A stretch of DNA of 64,000 bases, from NCBI RefSeq assembly GCF_037042905.1, contig NC_087258.1:7626001-7690000 (forward strand), written 5' to 3'. Source of the stretch: Lytechinus pictus. Lineage: Eukaryota. A program made the position numbers and the translations under genes. Below the pieces are notes generated by a model. The model ran no database searches, was not told the DNA's origin, and was given only the letters and a program-made list of their open reading frames with translations. Shown in pieces: positions 40,303-51,550 of this stretch; the first letter of the stretch is position 1; each line of letters opens with the position of its first letter.

Positions 40303-42903
40303 CTACATAGAAGGTGTAGGTGGCGCAGGATCAAGAGGTGCATTCTGTGCTGCCCCCGCACATTGACCTATAGCCGAAGAAGCGCCGTATTGGGAGATGC
40401 TGCAACTGGCTGCTGAGCGTGCAAGGAAACTCAAGTAACCACCCTTTTCTTGCCAGCAGGAGAGGTTCTTTCCGCATTCCGTGGACCACCTCTCCATGAT
40501 GGATGTCAATGGTTGCTCGCTGGCACTTTGGGAATGTCGAAGCCAAGGACAGGCAGCAGTTAGCTGATCAAATACGCAAGATCCCATGGATTCCTGGAAG
40601 CTCTTGCATTGGGGTGTGCCGAGGGCAAGTTGATCAGTTGCAGGAACCTCAGCTACGGGTCCACACTGTCCGGCCTGCTGGTCGAATACATCGACCCCAT
40701 TGACAAGTCCTTGGCGCTTGCGTTGCCAGTTGGTCATGTTGGCAATCTGGCTGCAAGTGTCACAGACGCGGTTTACGCTAATACCGGCTTGTTGGAGTTG
40801 ACCCAATAGATTTGTGAATGTGGTGTCACCGAGAAGGGCGCTGAAGAGAGCCATTTTGCTTTCTTTAACGTATCCTAGAGCCACATCTACGTTTGCAAGA
40901 CCCCCTCGTCGTTTCTTAGTGAGGAGGCTGCGAAGAGCATGTTCGGATGGCATGTGCCAAGAGAAGAGGTGGACCTTACGCGGGGTTTGTCCATATCGTT
41001 GGATCATACCTGGAAGATCACGAAGGACAGCAGATGCAGGATCCTGACCGTGGGTCTCCATACCAGAGCGGAAAGCGATATTGACTGGAGTGCGCCCGGT
41101 TGTTCGTCCATTCTTCGGCACATTACAGGGATTAAGTGCTTGTTTCATTCCTGCATAGTCAAGTGCAAGCACAGCGAGACTCTTCTGTCCTGATATTCCA
41201 TTGGCGCCAAGGAATCCACCACAAAGATGTTTGTCCATGTACGTATTGTCCAGTGCAGCTGTTTCGGCCGGAGTAAGTTGAGCGTCTGGTGCTTGTGCAA
41301 TAGGAGCCGGTGCAAAGGCTATGTTTGGCTCATTACGGGCACCGACATTGGTTGTCTCTGTAAATGAACTTCCGATGCTTTGTCCTACTCCGTCAACAAC
41401 GGAAGGGTTCGAATTTCCACTGTTTGTGCCCTGTGAGTTTCCAGCTGCAGCTTGAGTACCTGCCCCTCCATTACCATTCATTCCAGTTGATCCCGTCGCT
41501 CCAGTAGCTCCATTTGCCGTCCCATTGGTAGCTCCCCCTTTTGGTGGATAGGTTGCTCCGTTTGAAGTTGTTGTTCCATTTGATGTAGCTCCCCCTTTTG
41601 GTGGATAGGTTGCTCCGTTTGAAGTTGTTGTTCCATTTGAGGTAGCTCCTCCACTTCCTGCTCCGTTGCTACCTCCACTTGATGGCCAATTTGCTGCTCC
41701 ATCTGGAGCGGCACCGTTTGCTCCTCCAGTGTTTACCCCATTTGTCGGTGAATTTCCTGCTCCAGTCGCCACTCCTCCAGTGTTTACCCCATTTGTCGGT
41801 GAATTTCCTGCTCCAGCCGCCACTCCTCCAGTTGCTGCTCCATTAGAGCCAATGTTTCCACCTCCTGGTATATCCCCTGGGCCCGCGCCTGCTCCACCTC
41901 CTGCTCCGCCTGTTGCTCCCATCGCTCCACCCTGTCCCCCGTTTTGTCCCCCAGATGCACCTTGATACCCTCCGTATGAAAAGCTAACAGACCCTCCAGA
42001 CCCACCAGAGCCACCAAATCCTCCTGTTGGATCGTAAAATGATGGACCAGCTGACCCGCTTCCCATGGAAGGGCCATAATTGCTACCTCCTAAGGAGAAT
42101 GATGTCCCTAAACTCCCACCTTGTCCTTCTCCCGCTCCCTCTGCTGCTTCACCCTGCTCACCCATTGCCTCAGCGTCTGCTTCTGCTGCTTCAGCCTCTG
42201 CTTCTTGAAGGTCCTCCATTGCTTCAGCCTCGGCTTCTGCTGCTTCCGCTTCTAGTTCGGCAGCTTCTTCTGCATCCTCGGCCTCTTGTTCTGCTAATTC
42301 CTGAGCGGCTTCTTCCTCTTGTTCGGCCATTTCCTGTGCTGCTTCAGCATCTTGTTCTTGTTCCATCTCCTGTCCTGCTTCACCTTGATACATATTCTGT
42401 GCAGCTTCAGCGTCAGCTTCGGCCTGTTGTTCCCGCAATTCTTCCGCAGCTTCGGCCTCTTCTTCTGCTAATTCCTGTGCTGCTTCTGTATCTTGCTGAT
42501 GCATTCCCTGTGCGGCGAAGGCATTTTGCTGTCCATATTCAGCTTGCTGCTCTCGCATCTGCTGTGCATATTGAGCTTCCCTTTCAGCGGCTTCTGCCTG
42601 CTGTTCCTGTAATTTCTGTGCACGCTCTTCTTCTTGTTCTCGCAATTCCTCTGCGGCTTCGGCTTCCTGTTCCGCCTGCTCTGCCATTTGCTCTCGCATC
42701 TCTTGAGCAGCCTCAGGGTCTTGTTGCTGCATCCACTGATTGTTGGGACGGAATTGTTGCTGTCGTTGGCCGTTTGGCCGGAACTGTTGTTGCTGTCCCA
42801 GGCCAAGTCGCTTGATGGGCTGCCCTCTCCACCATGGTCGTTGGCAAGTTGCAGGGGCGATGGTCGCCACAAGAACAACGGCAAGGATGAATACCCCTCG
42901 CAT
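40303..42903 (-). CDS. Secreted 866-aa protein: signal peptide, Q-rich, E/A-acidic and G-rich repeats, degenerate AID/APOBEC/SNAD-like deaminase fold, Cys-rich C-terminal domain
   Basis: Uninterrupted GC-rich ORF. The true start is MRGVFILAVVLVATIAPATC (signal peptide), 15 nt after a splice acceptor (...CTTACAG| at 42919/42918), so the first 20 aa of the track ORF are intron/UTR. The CDS call is firm; the domain call is by eye. Confidence 0.9.
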   Translation of the reverse strand: MRGVFILAVVLVATIAPATCQRPWWRGQPIKRLGLGQQQQFRPNGQRQQQFRPNNQWMQQQDPEAAQEMREQMAEQAEQEAEAAEELREQEEERAQKLQEQQAEAAEREAQYAQQMREQQAEYGQQNAFAAQGMHQQDTEAAQELAEEEAEAAEELREQQAEADAEAAQNMYQGEAGQEMEQEQDAEAAQEMAEQEEEAAQELAEQEAEDAEEAAELEAEAAEAEAEAMEDLQEAEAEAAEADAEAMGEQGEAAEGAGEGQGGSLGTSFSLGGSNYGPSMGSGSAGPSFYDPTGGFGGSGGSGGSVSFSYGGYQGASGGQNGGQGGAMGATGGAGGGAGAGPGDIPGGGNIGSNGAATGGVAAGAGNSPTNGVNTGGVATGAGNSPTNGVNTGGANGAAPDGAANWPSSGGSNGAGSGGATSNGTTTSNGATYPPKGGATSNGTTTSNGATYPPKGGATNGTANGATGATGSTGMNGNGGAGTQAAAGNSQGTNSGNSNPSVVDGVGQSIGSSFTETTNVGARNEPNIAFAPAPIAQAPDAQLTPAETAALDNTYMDKHLCGGFLGANGISGQKSLAVLALDYAGMKQALNPCNVPKNGRTTGRTPVNIAFRSGMETHGQDPASAVLRDLPGMIQRYGQTPRKVHLFSWHMPSEHALRSLLTKKRRGGLANVDVALGYVKESKMALFSALLGDTTFTNLLGQLQQAGISVNRVCDTCSQIANMTNWQRKRQGLVNGVDVFDQQAGQCGPVAEVPATDQLALGTPQCKSFQESMGSCVFDQLTAACPWLRHSQSASEQPLTSIMERWSTECGKNLSCWQEKGGYLSFLARSAASCSISQYGASSAIGQCAGAAQNAPLDPAPPTPSM
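41529..41832 (-). repeat. Coding tandem repeats: 2x57 nt (GGATSNGTTTSNGATYPPK) and 2x51 nt (GGVAxGAGNSPTNGVNT)
   Basis: Near-identical nucleotide duplications within the ORF. Confidence 0.9.
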
Positions 42904-45140
42904 CTTTGCTTGAAAATTCTGTAAGTTTAGAGGGAAATAATGAAAAGGGAGGAAGAAAGTCATTATCTTCTTGTGACTCTACATATATCAAAGTTCTTTG
43001 CTTGAGAAATCAGCGAAATGTAAAACACGACCCTGAGCTTGATGGGCAAATCTGCAACTCATCACGCGATTCACTTTCACAAATTCGATGGCATAATTAT
43101 CATTGATTTTGCAAAACTAATCAAATAATTACCGTTGGTTAAGGTTATGGGGTGAAAAGTAAGTAACTATAAATTTTGAGGCGATTTGAATGTGGTTGTA
43201 AAAAAATGATAGTTCGGCTAAAGGATAGTATTTGCTTGTATTCGCCATTAAAAACTATTTAATCATATGAATAAAATTGTTTCTTCTTCTTTCTTAAGAT
43301 TGATTTTGGCATTTGAGTTTATGAGGGCAAATTCAAAACGTCTGAAATTACAATAGCCAATGGCGATATACCTTGATACCTAAATACAAGGCAAAACAAA
43401 GGGGGGGGGGGGGGGGAGAAGAAAGAACGGAAAAAGGGGTGAAAAATTGTATTCTTTTCTTAAAAAAATACGTCAGAATATAACACACGTTCAGATTTTC
43501 ATTTTACGAAGGTAACATTTCTTGGTTACAAGGTCATCACTTAAATTCATTTTATGTTTTATCAAAATTGTGCGCGAGCAAAGGTAGAGGGTCCATTTTT
43601 TTCATTTTTCATAAGTAATCCATTAAGATCCGTAGGAATTGAAATTTGCTAGAGAATCAAAGGATTTCGATGAAAGTATTTAAGTTGAAGAAGTAAATTA
43701 TCCAAGAGAAGGGGGGGGGGGTCCATATCCCTAAATCCCAAACGAGTTCATCAATGGAAATTAATGTTGTGAAGCTTTGACTTCCAAATGATTTACATAG
43801 TGTTTGCACCGACTCCCATCCGACGAGGGGGTTATGATGTCGGTAGTTTTCTTCATCCCACCCGCTCGAAGCGCGGAAGCTTTCATCATAAAATTTGTTG
43901 AAGCCTTTCAGGATAAGAAATGAACTTGATGTGCCAAGATTAGGAGCAGATATGTGCAGATAAGAGGTTGGGCGCTTTCCCCTCCCTATCTTGAAAAGTG
44001 CGCAATGTTTCAATTTTCCCCGTTTTTTTCGAATAGAAAAAAATATCGTGCCGAGGCTCTCTTGTTCTCCTCAATACCTACATCACTTTTATTTCATATT
44101 TCATGCAGATGGGCTTTGTATGATCAAGGAATTCGATTGTAAGAAACAGTGACCACCGGCCGGATGGGCATGCATAATCATTATGATGGAATTGACCAAG
44201 GAAAGAGGTGTTTCCATGCAGCTCGGACAAAAACTAAAGCTTTGAAATTATATCAGACTTCAAAACAAAGGGGTCGTCTTCTAGTACTCCCATTTTATTG
44301 CATAAATTTGCTTAAATGAAATAAAAATCTCTATAAAGAGATTTTGTTTGTTTGAGCGTGCAATAAGGTTAGGGTACACGTGCAGGATCAGACTTGATGG
44401 TTTGCATCATTTCTTAAAAGAAGGGAGATATCAATTTTCGGCATTAAGATATTTCCAAGACTTTGTTTTCCTTTGTTCTCATCTCCCTATTCTACCGTAT
44501 ACTTTCAATCTAATTCTTCCTATTCTTTACTGCAAACCCCCCCCCCGAACTTTTAGCAAGCCAATGGGAAGGGGTATCCTGCTCCCCCCGTATACTTTAA
44601 AATAATCTACTTAAATTTGAATATGAAGGGAAGGGGTACTTATTAGATTTTCTATCAAAACATGAAGAGTTTATCGGCAAAATGAAAATAATATTGTCAC
44701 TTTATTATAAAAAATAATATTAAGTACCATTTCCGTCAGCTATCTTTACACATTTGAGTAGGTTTGGTAAAATAACAGTTTCAAAAGCCTCAGGACACAT
44801 ACACAGTATGAAAATTTAACAATTGCAAGACAAGTATTTAAATGAATTATTGTATAAATAGCTTTATGAAAACTGTTAAAAATTGATTATTTTCAAATTA
44901 AGGTATTAAAACGATACAGTGGTAACACCATGGAATTACCGTGATGGTTTTTCCAGGGTAACAACATACAACTTGAATAAAGATAACATGTCATAACATG
45001 AACAACAAAAGCAATAACGATAACAAAAACGACCCTGTCGTCAAACTGGACTAAAAAAAGCAAATAGTTTGCTTAGTTATCCTTTTTTTAATACCAATGG
45101 TATTATATATCATCAATATTTACATAATGTAATCAACTTT

Positions 45141-47141
45141 CAAATTCAAATTCAAATTCATTTATTTCACTTCCATCAAACAAAAACAAATTGTATACCA
45201 TATATAAAACATAAATATTTGTATCCGTTGCAAACAAAATTAATTATACATATGTAGTGAAAAAAAAAAAAAACTTAGACGATTTGGGCAACACATTGTA
45301 GGTTTTAAATATATATACTATTTTTCAATAGAAATTAAATTAAGATGGAAATGGAGGGACCCACTAAAAAGCAATGCTTGTACAATGTGGGCCCCTCAAG
45401 AAATAACAAAATAACAAAGTATAAATACAGATAATCAAATGAGAAAAGAATGAATAAATGAGAGGGAAATACTCACAAAATAAATACAAAGTAATAAAAA
45501 ATATACAGTTTGGTGAAGGACAAAACAACCCGTCCTAAAAATATCTACCCTTCCCACCCCCCCCCCAGAAAAACTTGAGAAGAAAAAAAAAGGGAAAAAG
45601 GGGGGAGAATGCCCTGAGAAGATGGATGGGTGCTGCTGTACGTAGATAGAACACATGCCGTCGTGGACTCAAGCAAACTGGATTCAATGATGTGTATAAG
45701 AGGAGAAAAAATATATAAAATAACCTGGAAAGAATATAATGCACGAAAAATGTGATTGATGCCGTTAAACAAATAACCGGTAGGAAGGCGGATAAGCGGA
45801 CTGGAGAGGAGAAAATAGAGGAGAGGATAGACACAATAATGAGCACATCTGAGAAGGACTTGTGTCAGATTTTTTTAATAAAAAAGGATAATAACTTTAT
45901 GTTTTAATTTTAGTTTAAAGTAATAATGATGATGACTTGACATAATAATGATGATGACTTGACAGAAATGATGAATTAAAATTAATTTGGGAGTATATTA
46001 TAAGGTTTTAATAGAGATAATTTGAATTTAGTCTTAAAAGAATTCAAAGATTTTGCATTTGTTATATCATTATGAAGTGAGTTCCATAACTTCGGTCCAT
46101 CGTATATAAATGTGTTCTGAGCCCGCAAAGTTCTTAAAAGTGGTAAATGAAATTCACCCATTCGCCTTGTTGGATAGTTGTGAATGGATTGATTTTTTGG
46201 AAACATTGAATTGAATACATTTGGGAGGTTGTTGTTGTTATAGTTATACATAAACTGACCGAGATTAAACAAATATAAGTCCTTAATTTTCAATATTCTA
46301 TGTTAAAAAAATAATGGGTCAGTATGAGACAAATATGCCGTGTGACATATAATACGTAGAGACTTCTTTTGTAATAGGAGTAATTTGTCTAAGAGTGTTT
46401 GTTGTGTGTTACCCCACGCTAAAATTCCATAATTTAAATAAGGCAATATAAGGGATGAATATAATGTAAGCAGGGACGATAATGGTAAACAAAATTTAAG
46501 CTTGTTAATTATACCAATGTTGCGTGAAATAGTTTTACATATGTTATCTATGTGAAATTTCCATGAGAGCTTATTATCGACTGTTATTCCAAGAAACTTA
46601 ATATGGGATACATTTTCCAAGGGAGTTCCATCCAAAATAATATCAACAGGAAGTGTATTTATGGAGTTGCTAAACAACATGTATTTTGTTTTTTGAAGAT
46701 TTAGTGACAATTTATTTGCTCTTATCCATTCGGTAACATTTTCTAGTTCAGAGTTGATTATATTAGCAAGGTGAAGAGGATTTTTATGTGAAAAGAATAA
46801 GTTAGAGTCGTCCGCAAAGAGAATGAAAGAAAGAACGTCTGATGATCTACAAAAATCATTAATATAAACTATAAACAAAATCGGGCCTAAAATACTACCC
46901 TGGGGAACTCCACAATTATTTTTTTTCATTTGAGAATTGCAACCGTTTAAAAAGACATATTGCTTCCTATTCAAGAGGTAGCTCCTGAACCACTCCAAGG
47001 CATTCCCACGCACTCCATAATGATGTAATTTGTTAAGTAAAATATCATGATTAATGGTGTCGAAGGCCTTGGAGAAGTCCAGGAACAAACCAATTAAATG
47101 AGAAGATTTATCGATTGAATGTGCCGCTTTTTCAATGAAAC
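45141..47141 (-). mobile_element. 5'-truncated CR1/L2-group LINE (RT domain, 3' UTR, (TTTGAA)n tail)
   Basis: RT motifs FLDFSKAFDTINH, GVPQGSILGP, LFADD and KFLG. One frameshift in the A-run at ~46305. Tail at 45139-45160. 8-bp TSD TCAACTTT at 45133-45140 and 47142-47149. Confidence 0.93.
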
Positions 47142-47339
47142 TCAACTTTATAAAACAAGCATAAAATAAGTTACTTATAAAATACCAAATCTTTTAAACA
47201 AATCAATTCCTGAACAGAAGCGCAAATATTTTACACAACTCAAACAACTAGAGACCGATCCATTAAGTCATGCCTGAGTATGTTTTTAAAAAAGAGTGAT
47301 CGCACTTTAAAAGTGAAAACATTATTTGCTAACAGTAGG

Positions 47340-47492
47340 ATTAATATTGTTATCATTATTATCATTATTATTATCTTCATTATTATTATAAGCAGTAGTA
47401 GTGGTAGTATCAATGTCATTATCAATATCATCATGATTATTCTTATCATGATCATCATCATCATTATCTTCATTATCATCACTATCATCAAT
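47340..47492. repeat. (ATT/ATC)n microsatellite
   Basis: Read directly. Confidence 0.9.
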
Positions 47493-48285
47493 ATAGGTTT
47501 CCTCGTTCAACAATGTCTCCCATGATGTAAAACAACATTTTGAGCATCAAAATATCTGAGTTTTTTTTCATTTTGCCTAAAGCTAATGTATTTTAAAAAG
47601 CATAATTAAGAAATTCATAAGCGAATATGATTTAAAATTTGAAACCGGAGGAAGCTGATGGATAAGATTTTATAAATGTGAGGGTTTCGAATATTAGATG
47701 ATTAATAATACTAACGAAGCAAAGATGAACAAAAATTCCTGTCTATACCTTTTATGACCTCTGCAAAGTGAAAATTTGTCTTAAATATCCGTTCAGAAGT
47801 TATTCATTGAATTTATAAAAAATATTCCTGTCGATTATTTGCTCAAAAAGACCTTATTAACTTCTATTTTTGAAATCGTAAAAGTACCTTTTGTTGTCTT
47901 ATTTGGCAGTGCAGTGTATAATCTTAGTTGTCGAATACCAATCAAGATCTCTAAATTCAATACTAGCTTGAAGATGTTTAAATGCAATAAAAAATAGTTT
48001 ATTCAAACTAAGAACTTTTCACACTTACATAGATAATTTTAAAAGTCATCACACTTTCAACTATCACTCTTATCATTTTAAATGAAAGGTTAATGGATCG
48101 AACAGTAATTTGAACGTTTTGATGGTTCATGGTTCATAAGAAACATCGCATCTCAGAGGGCCCTAAAATATATGTTTATACAAAATATTCCTAAATTCAT
48201 ATTAAAACAACTTAAATCATGAATAGTAGAAATATGCTAAAAATTATAACACGCGTCAATAAAATAGGATACATTTTTCACTTAC

Positions 48286-48402
48286 CTCTAACTTGACAAG
48301 AAATAAAGCAAAAGTTGAGGTTACGAGGGAAGTCAAAGAAACCCCTCCAAATCAGCAGCAGACCAGCAAAATAGGAGGACTGTTAAGACCCATCTATTTA
48401 TA
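48286..48402 (-). promoter_or_regulatory. Candidate TATA box and non-coding exon 1 of the 866-aa gene
   Basis: TATAAATA on - at 48402-48395 and a perfect donor GAG|GTAAGT at 48286/48285, which would pair with the acceptor at 42919. Confidence 0.5.
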
Positions 48403-51344
48403 TTCATGCCAGTACTATCCGCCCCATCTCAGCCCCTCCCCTTATCAGCGACTCACGTAAGAGAAGTTGAACGATCTCAAGGCAAAATAGCGCGGTTGGC
48501 TGAATCAGTTGATTGACGCGGAGGTGCGTCACCGATCCGTCCAAAACATTTTCTACATCTCGGGGTCGACTTTTATTCCTCTTTGAAATTCATGGTGAAG
48601 TAAAGGGATACTGTAATAGGGAATATTGTTAGAACCTCCTCTTTAATTTCACGACAGGTCGTGTGTACTTTCCTTACTGCAGTAGCCGGTAGCGTGAGTT
48701 AAAAAAAAAGTGAAATGAGCGAGCGATAATGTTTGTCCTTTTCTTTCTTTTTTCTCCTTGATTTCTTGGTCGAGAAACTTTTGGGGGTCACTCGGCCCCC
48801 AAGCCCCCCATCTGTACCCCATTGCCACAGTATGTCCCACACGGTGGTCTTGGTGTGGAAAACAAGGTGAAATAAATTTCTCATCGTTACATTTTAGCAT
48901 TTCATACTACGAATCACATCTTTGCAGAGTCCACCATGTAAATACACTGTGAATACGCTCGCTGTTGAGGCACCCACGGTGTGGAATTGTTTCCACACTG
49001 TTGAATTTCATTAAAATCGCCCCACTTTATGAACACACTTTGAACACACAAACACTCTCAAGGTTTCCACAGTGTGAAATCATTTGCACACTGTTAGATT
49101 TAAGCATTTTAACTTTGTGTGTCACACCTTCACGTATTTCACTATGTCAACTCATTTTTTTAACACAGACATACTGTTTAGGCGTCCACAGTGTGAAATT
49201 ATTTCCACACTGTTACATGTGAGTACTTTAATAGTATGAATCACATCTGTGTTCACATAGTGGACTATGTGAACACACCGTGCGACTCTTTTCACAGCCA
49301 ATGGGCTTCACCTTATAAAGAATCTAAAAAAGGAGCGAAGTGTGCCATGCATGACGTCAAGTCGTATCTAATAAAAGCTGGGAAAAATATCTAAAAACTT
49401 TCACGATAATCCATCTAAAAATATAAGAGTCATGTTTAAAAGAAAACATTTTACCTCTTATGACAACGCGTCAAAGACGTCACGTATGTCCCACGATTTT
49501 TCTTTCAAAAATAAATCCTGAATGATTCTACCAATATACATTAAATATCAAACACGTTATTCCATCATGCTTGCATAAAAAAAAATCGAATAATTTGTCT
49601 AAAACTTTGTTTATAAATTGAAATTAATGAAATCGATAATATCAATATATTCAACCTATATATAGATTGAAATGAATGGAACTAATTATTCAAATATATG
49701 CAAAACAATAAAGGAGCCACTCGTAATTATGTCACATAACTTAAAAACAAATTAATTCATAAATCAGTAATATAAGATGTGTGACGTCATGGTGAATTTC
49801 TTCATATTATACCTGCAATAATGTAATAAGCTTTTTATTTAATTTCTTTTAGAAAAAAATCCCGCAGCAGAGTCTCGAGAATGCCTGTAATCTTACTGCA
49901 CTGTGTAATATTACATGCATTTGTGTAAAATTACAGAAAATTGGTATTTGGTGTATGTAACCTTACAAATTTATTGTAATAAAACCTCTTCCCCCTTTTT
50001 AAAACAGACCTATTCTGTAAAATTGTAGAAAATCTTTCCTGTTTTACCAATTTACAGAATGATTTGGTTATTTCTTTTTGTAAAATCAGTTTTTTTTTCT
50101 TCTGTAAAATCTTCTGTTTTTTCTAACAGTGTGCATTGGCGGATGAGTCGATGCGCAGGAGCGTGTTTTTTTATGGACATACGCCATTTTCTAACCCTAT
50201 TTTCTTAAAGTTCATACCGACACTAGTACTGTCAACTCCCTTTTTTAGCACCTACCTGATATGCCCAATATAATAACTGAACATACCAATAAGAGTTTGG
50301 ATCTTTCAACTCTTGATGATTTATTTTCTGATTACAGCGGAAGCAGGGACTAAAACATGTTGCCTAATAAGGTATCTTCGAAAAGGAGACCTGGGGCAGA
50401 AGATCTTGAACTTCAAGAAGACTGACAGAGAGTGATGGAGATGGAAAAAGAAAGAGGGAGAGAGAGGGGGAGGGATGGGGGATGAGGGCAGACGTGGAGA
50501 GAGCAACAGATGGAAAAGAGGGAGAAAGGGAGAGATATATCGATAAAGAGGGAGAAAGATAGACAGAAGGGGGGGGGGGTGTAAAGACATGGAGGGGGAG
50601 GGGAGAGAAAGGGGAGGGAGAGAGAGAGGGGAGAAGGAGATAGTGTGAGGGGGACAGGGAGGGAGAGAGGCGATAACTTAAGATGAATCTTTCACTCGCA
50701 TGTTTAAAAGAGGAAGTTCCATTTTCAAGGGCACTTGGTTGAATAATAATTCAATTATTGCATGTCATGTTCCTTTATCATTTTGTTTTTTTTATTTTTC
50801 ACATTAGGCATTTCGACTAATGCTTTGACGAGTGAAGGGGAATGAGCGTGGTTAGTTTCTCAAAAAAGAAGATTAAAACCTGTGCCAAAATATAATTGTT
50901 TGAAAGAACGAAGAAAGTCAACGATATACATCCTTCATTTTAGCCGGAAAAAAAAAGAACAGTAAATGAAAAGTAAAAAACTCTGAAAATCAATGCATTC
51001 TTGTTTTTATTTCTCTTTTTTCTTTATTGTTATTGATTTCACTCTTCATTTAATTTATTTTTGTCTCCTGTTTTTTGTTATCCTTTCAGTTTGTTTGGTC
51101 ATTTTGTTTATTTGTTTTGTGTTGATGTTATAAGAAATACAGGGAATAGCGCCTTAGCAATATATGGTTTTTTATTTTGACATTTTTGACACGCTTCGGA
51201 AAGACCTTATTTTTCTTTCATTTTCAATATCACAAGATTCAAAGTATTCAAATATTAAACTGAATTAATATTTGCATTTTTTCTCAACCTTCTTCGCGAT
51301 TATAAACAATCGTAATGTCAATTTCTCCACCTTATTAATAGTAA

Positions 51345-51550
51345 GGTTATTATGTGCTCAAGGCGCTCCTATATGATCCAGCTAATCCCGCATCCGGTGC
51401 TCCCAGCTATTCGAGGAGCTTCTTCCTGCGGTACCCATTTACCTCACCTGAGTGCAGAGCATTTTGGGTCAATATCTTCAGGAAATTACGCCATGGTTGG
51501 GATTCGAACCTACGACCCCCTGTTTCAGAGTCCGAGATTAATCCACCACC
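51345..51550 (-). mobile_element. tRNA-derived SINE, degenerate
   Basis: GGTTCGAATCCC B-box on -; body shared with the other SINE copies. Confidence 0.65.

Noticed and set aside
42904-42963. First 20 aa of the 886-aa track ORF
   Set aside because: This stretch spans a polypyrimidine tract and splice acceptor; the signal peptide begins at the ATG at 42903.
40331-42991. Overlapping alternative-frame and antisense ORFs (e.g. 42027-42815 +, 42468-42884 -)
   Set aside because: These are shadows of a GC-rich repetitive coding sequence with no independent motifs.
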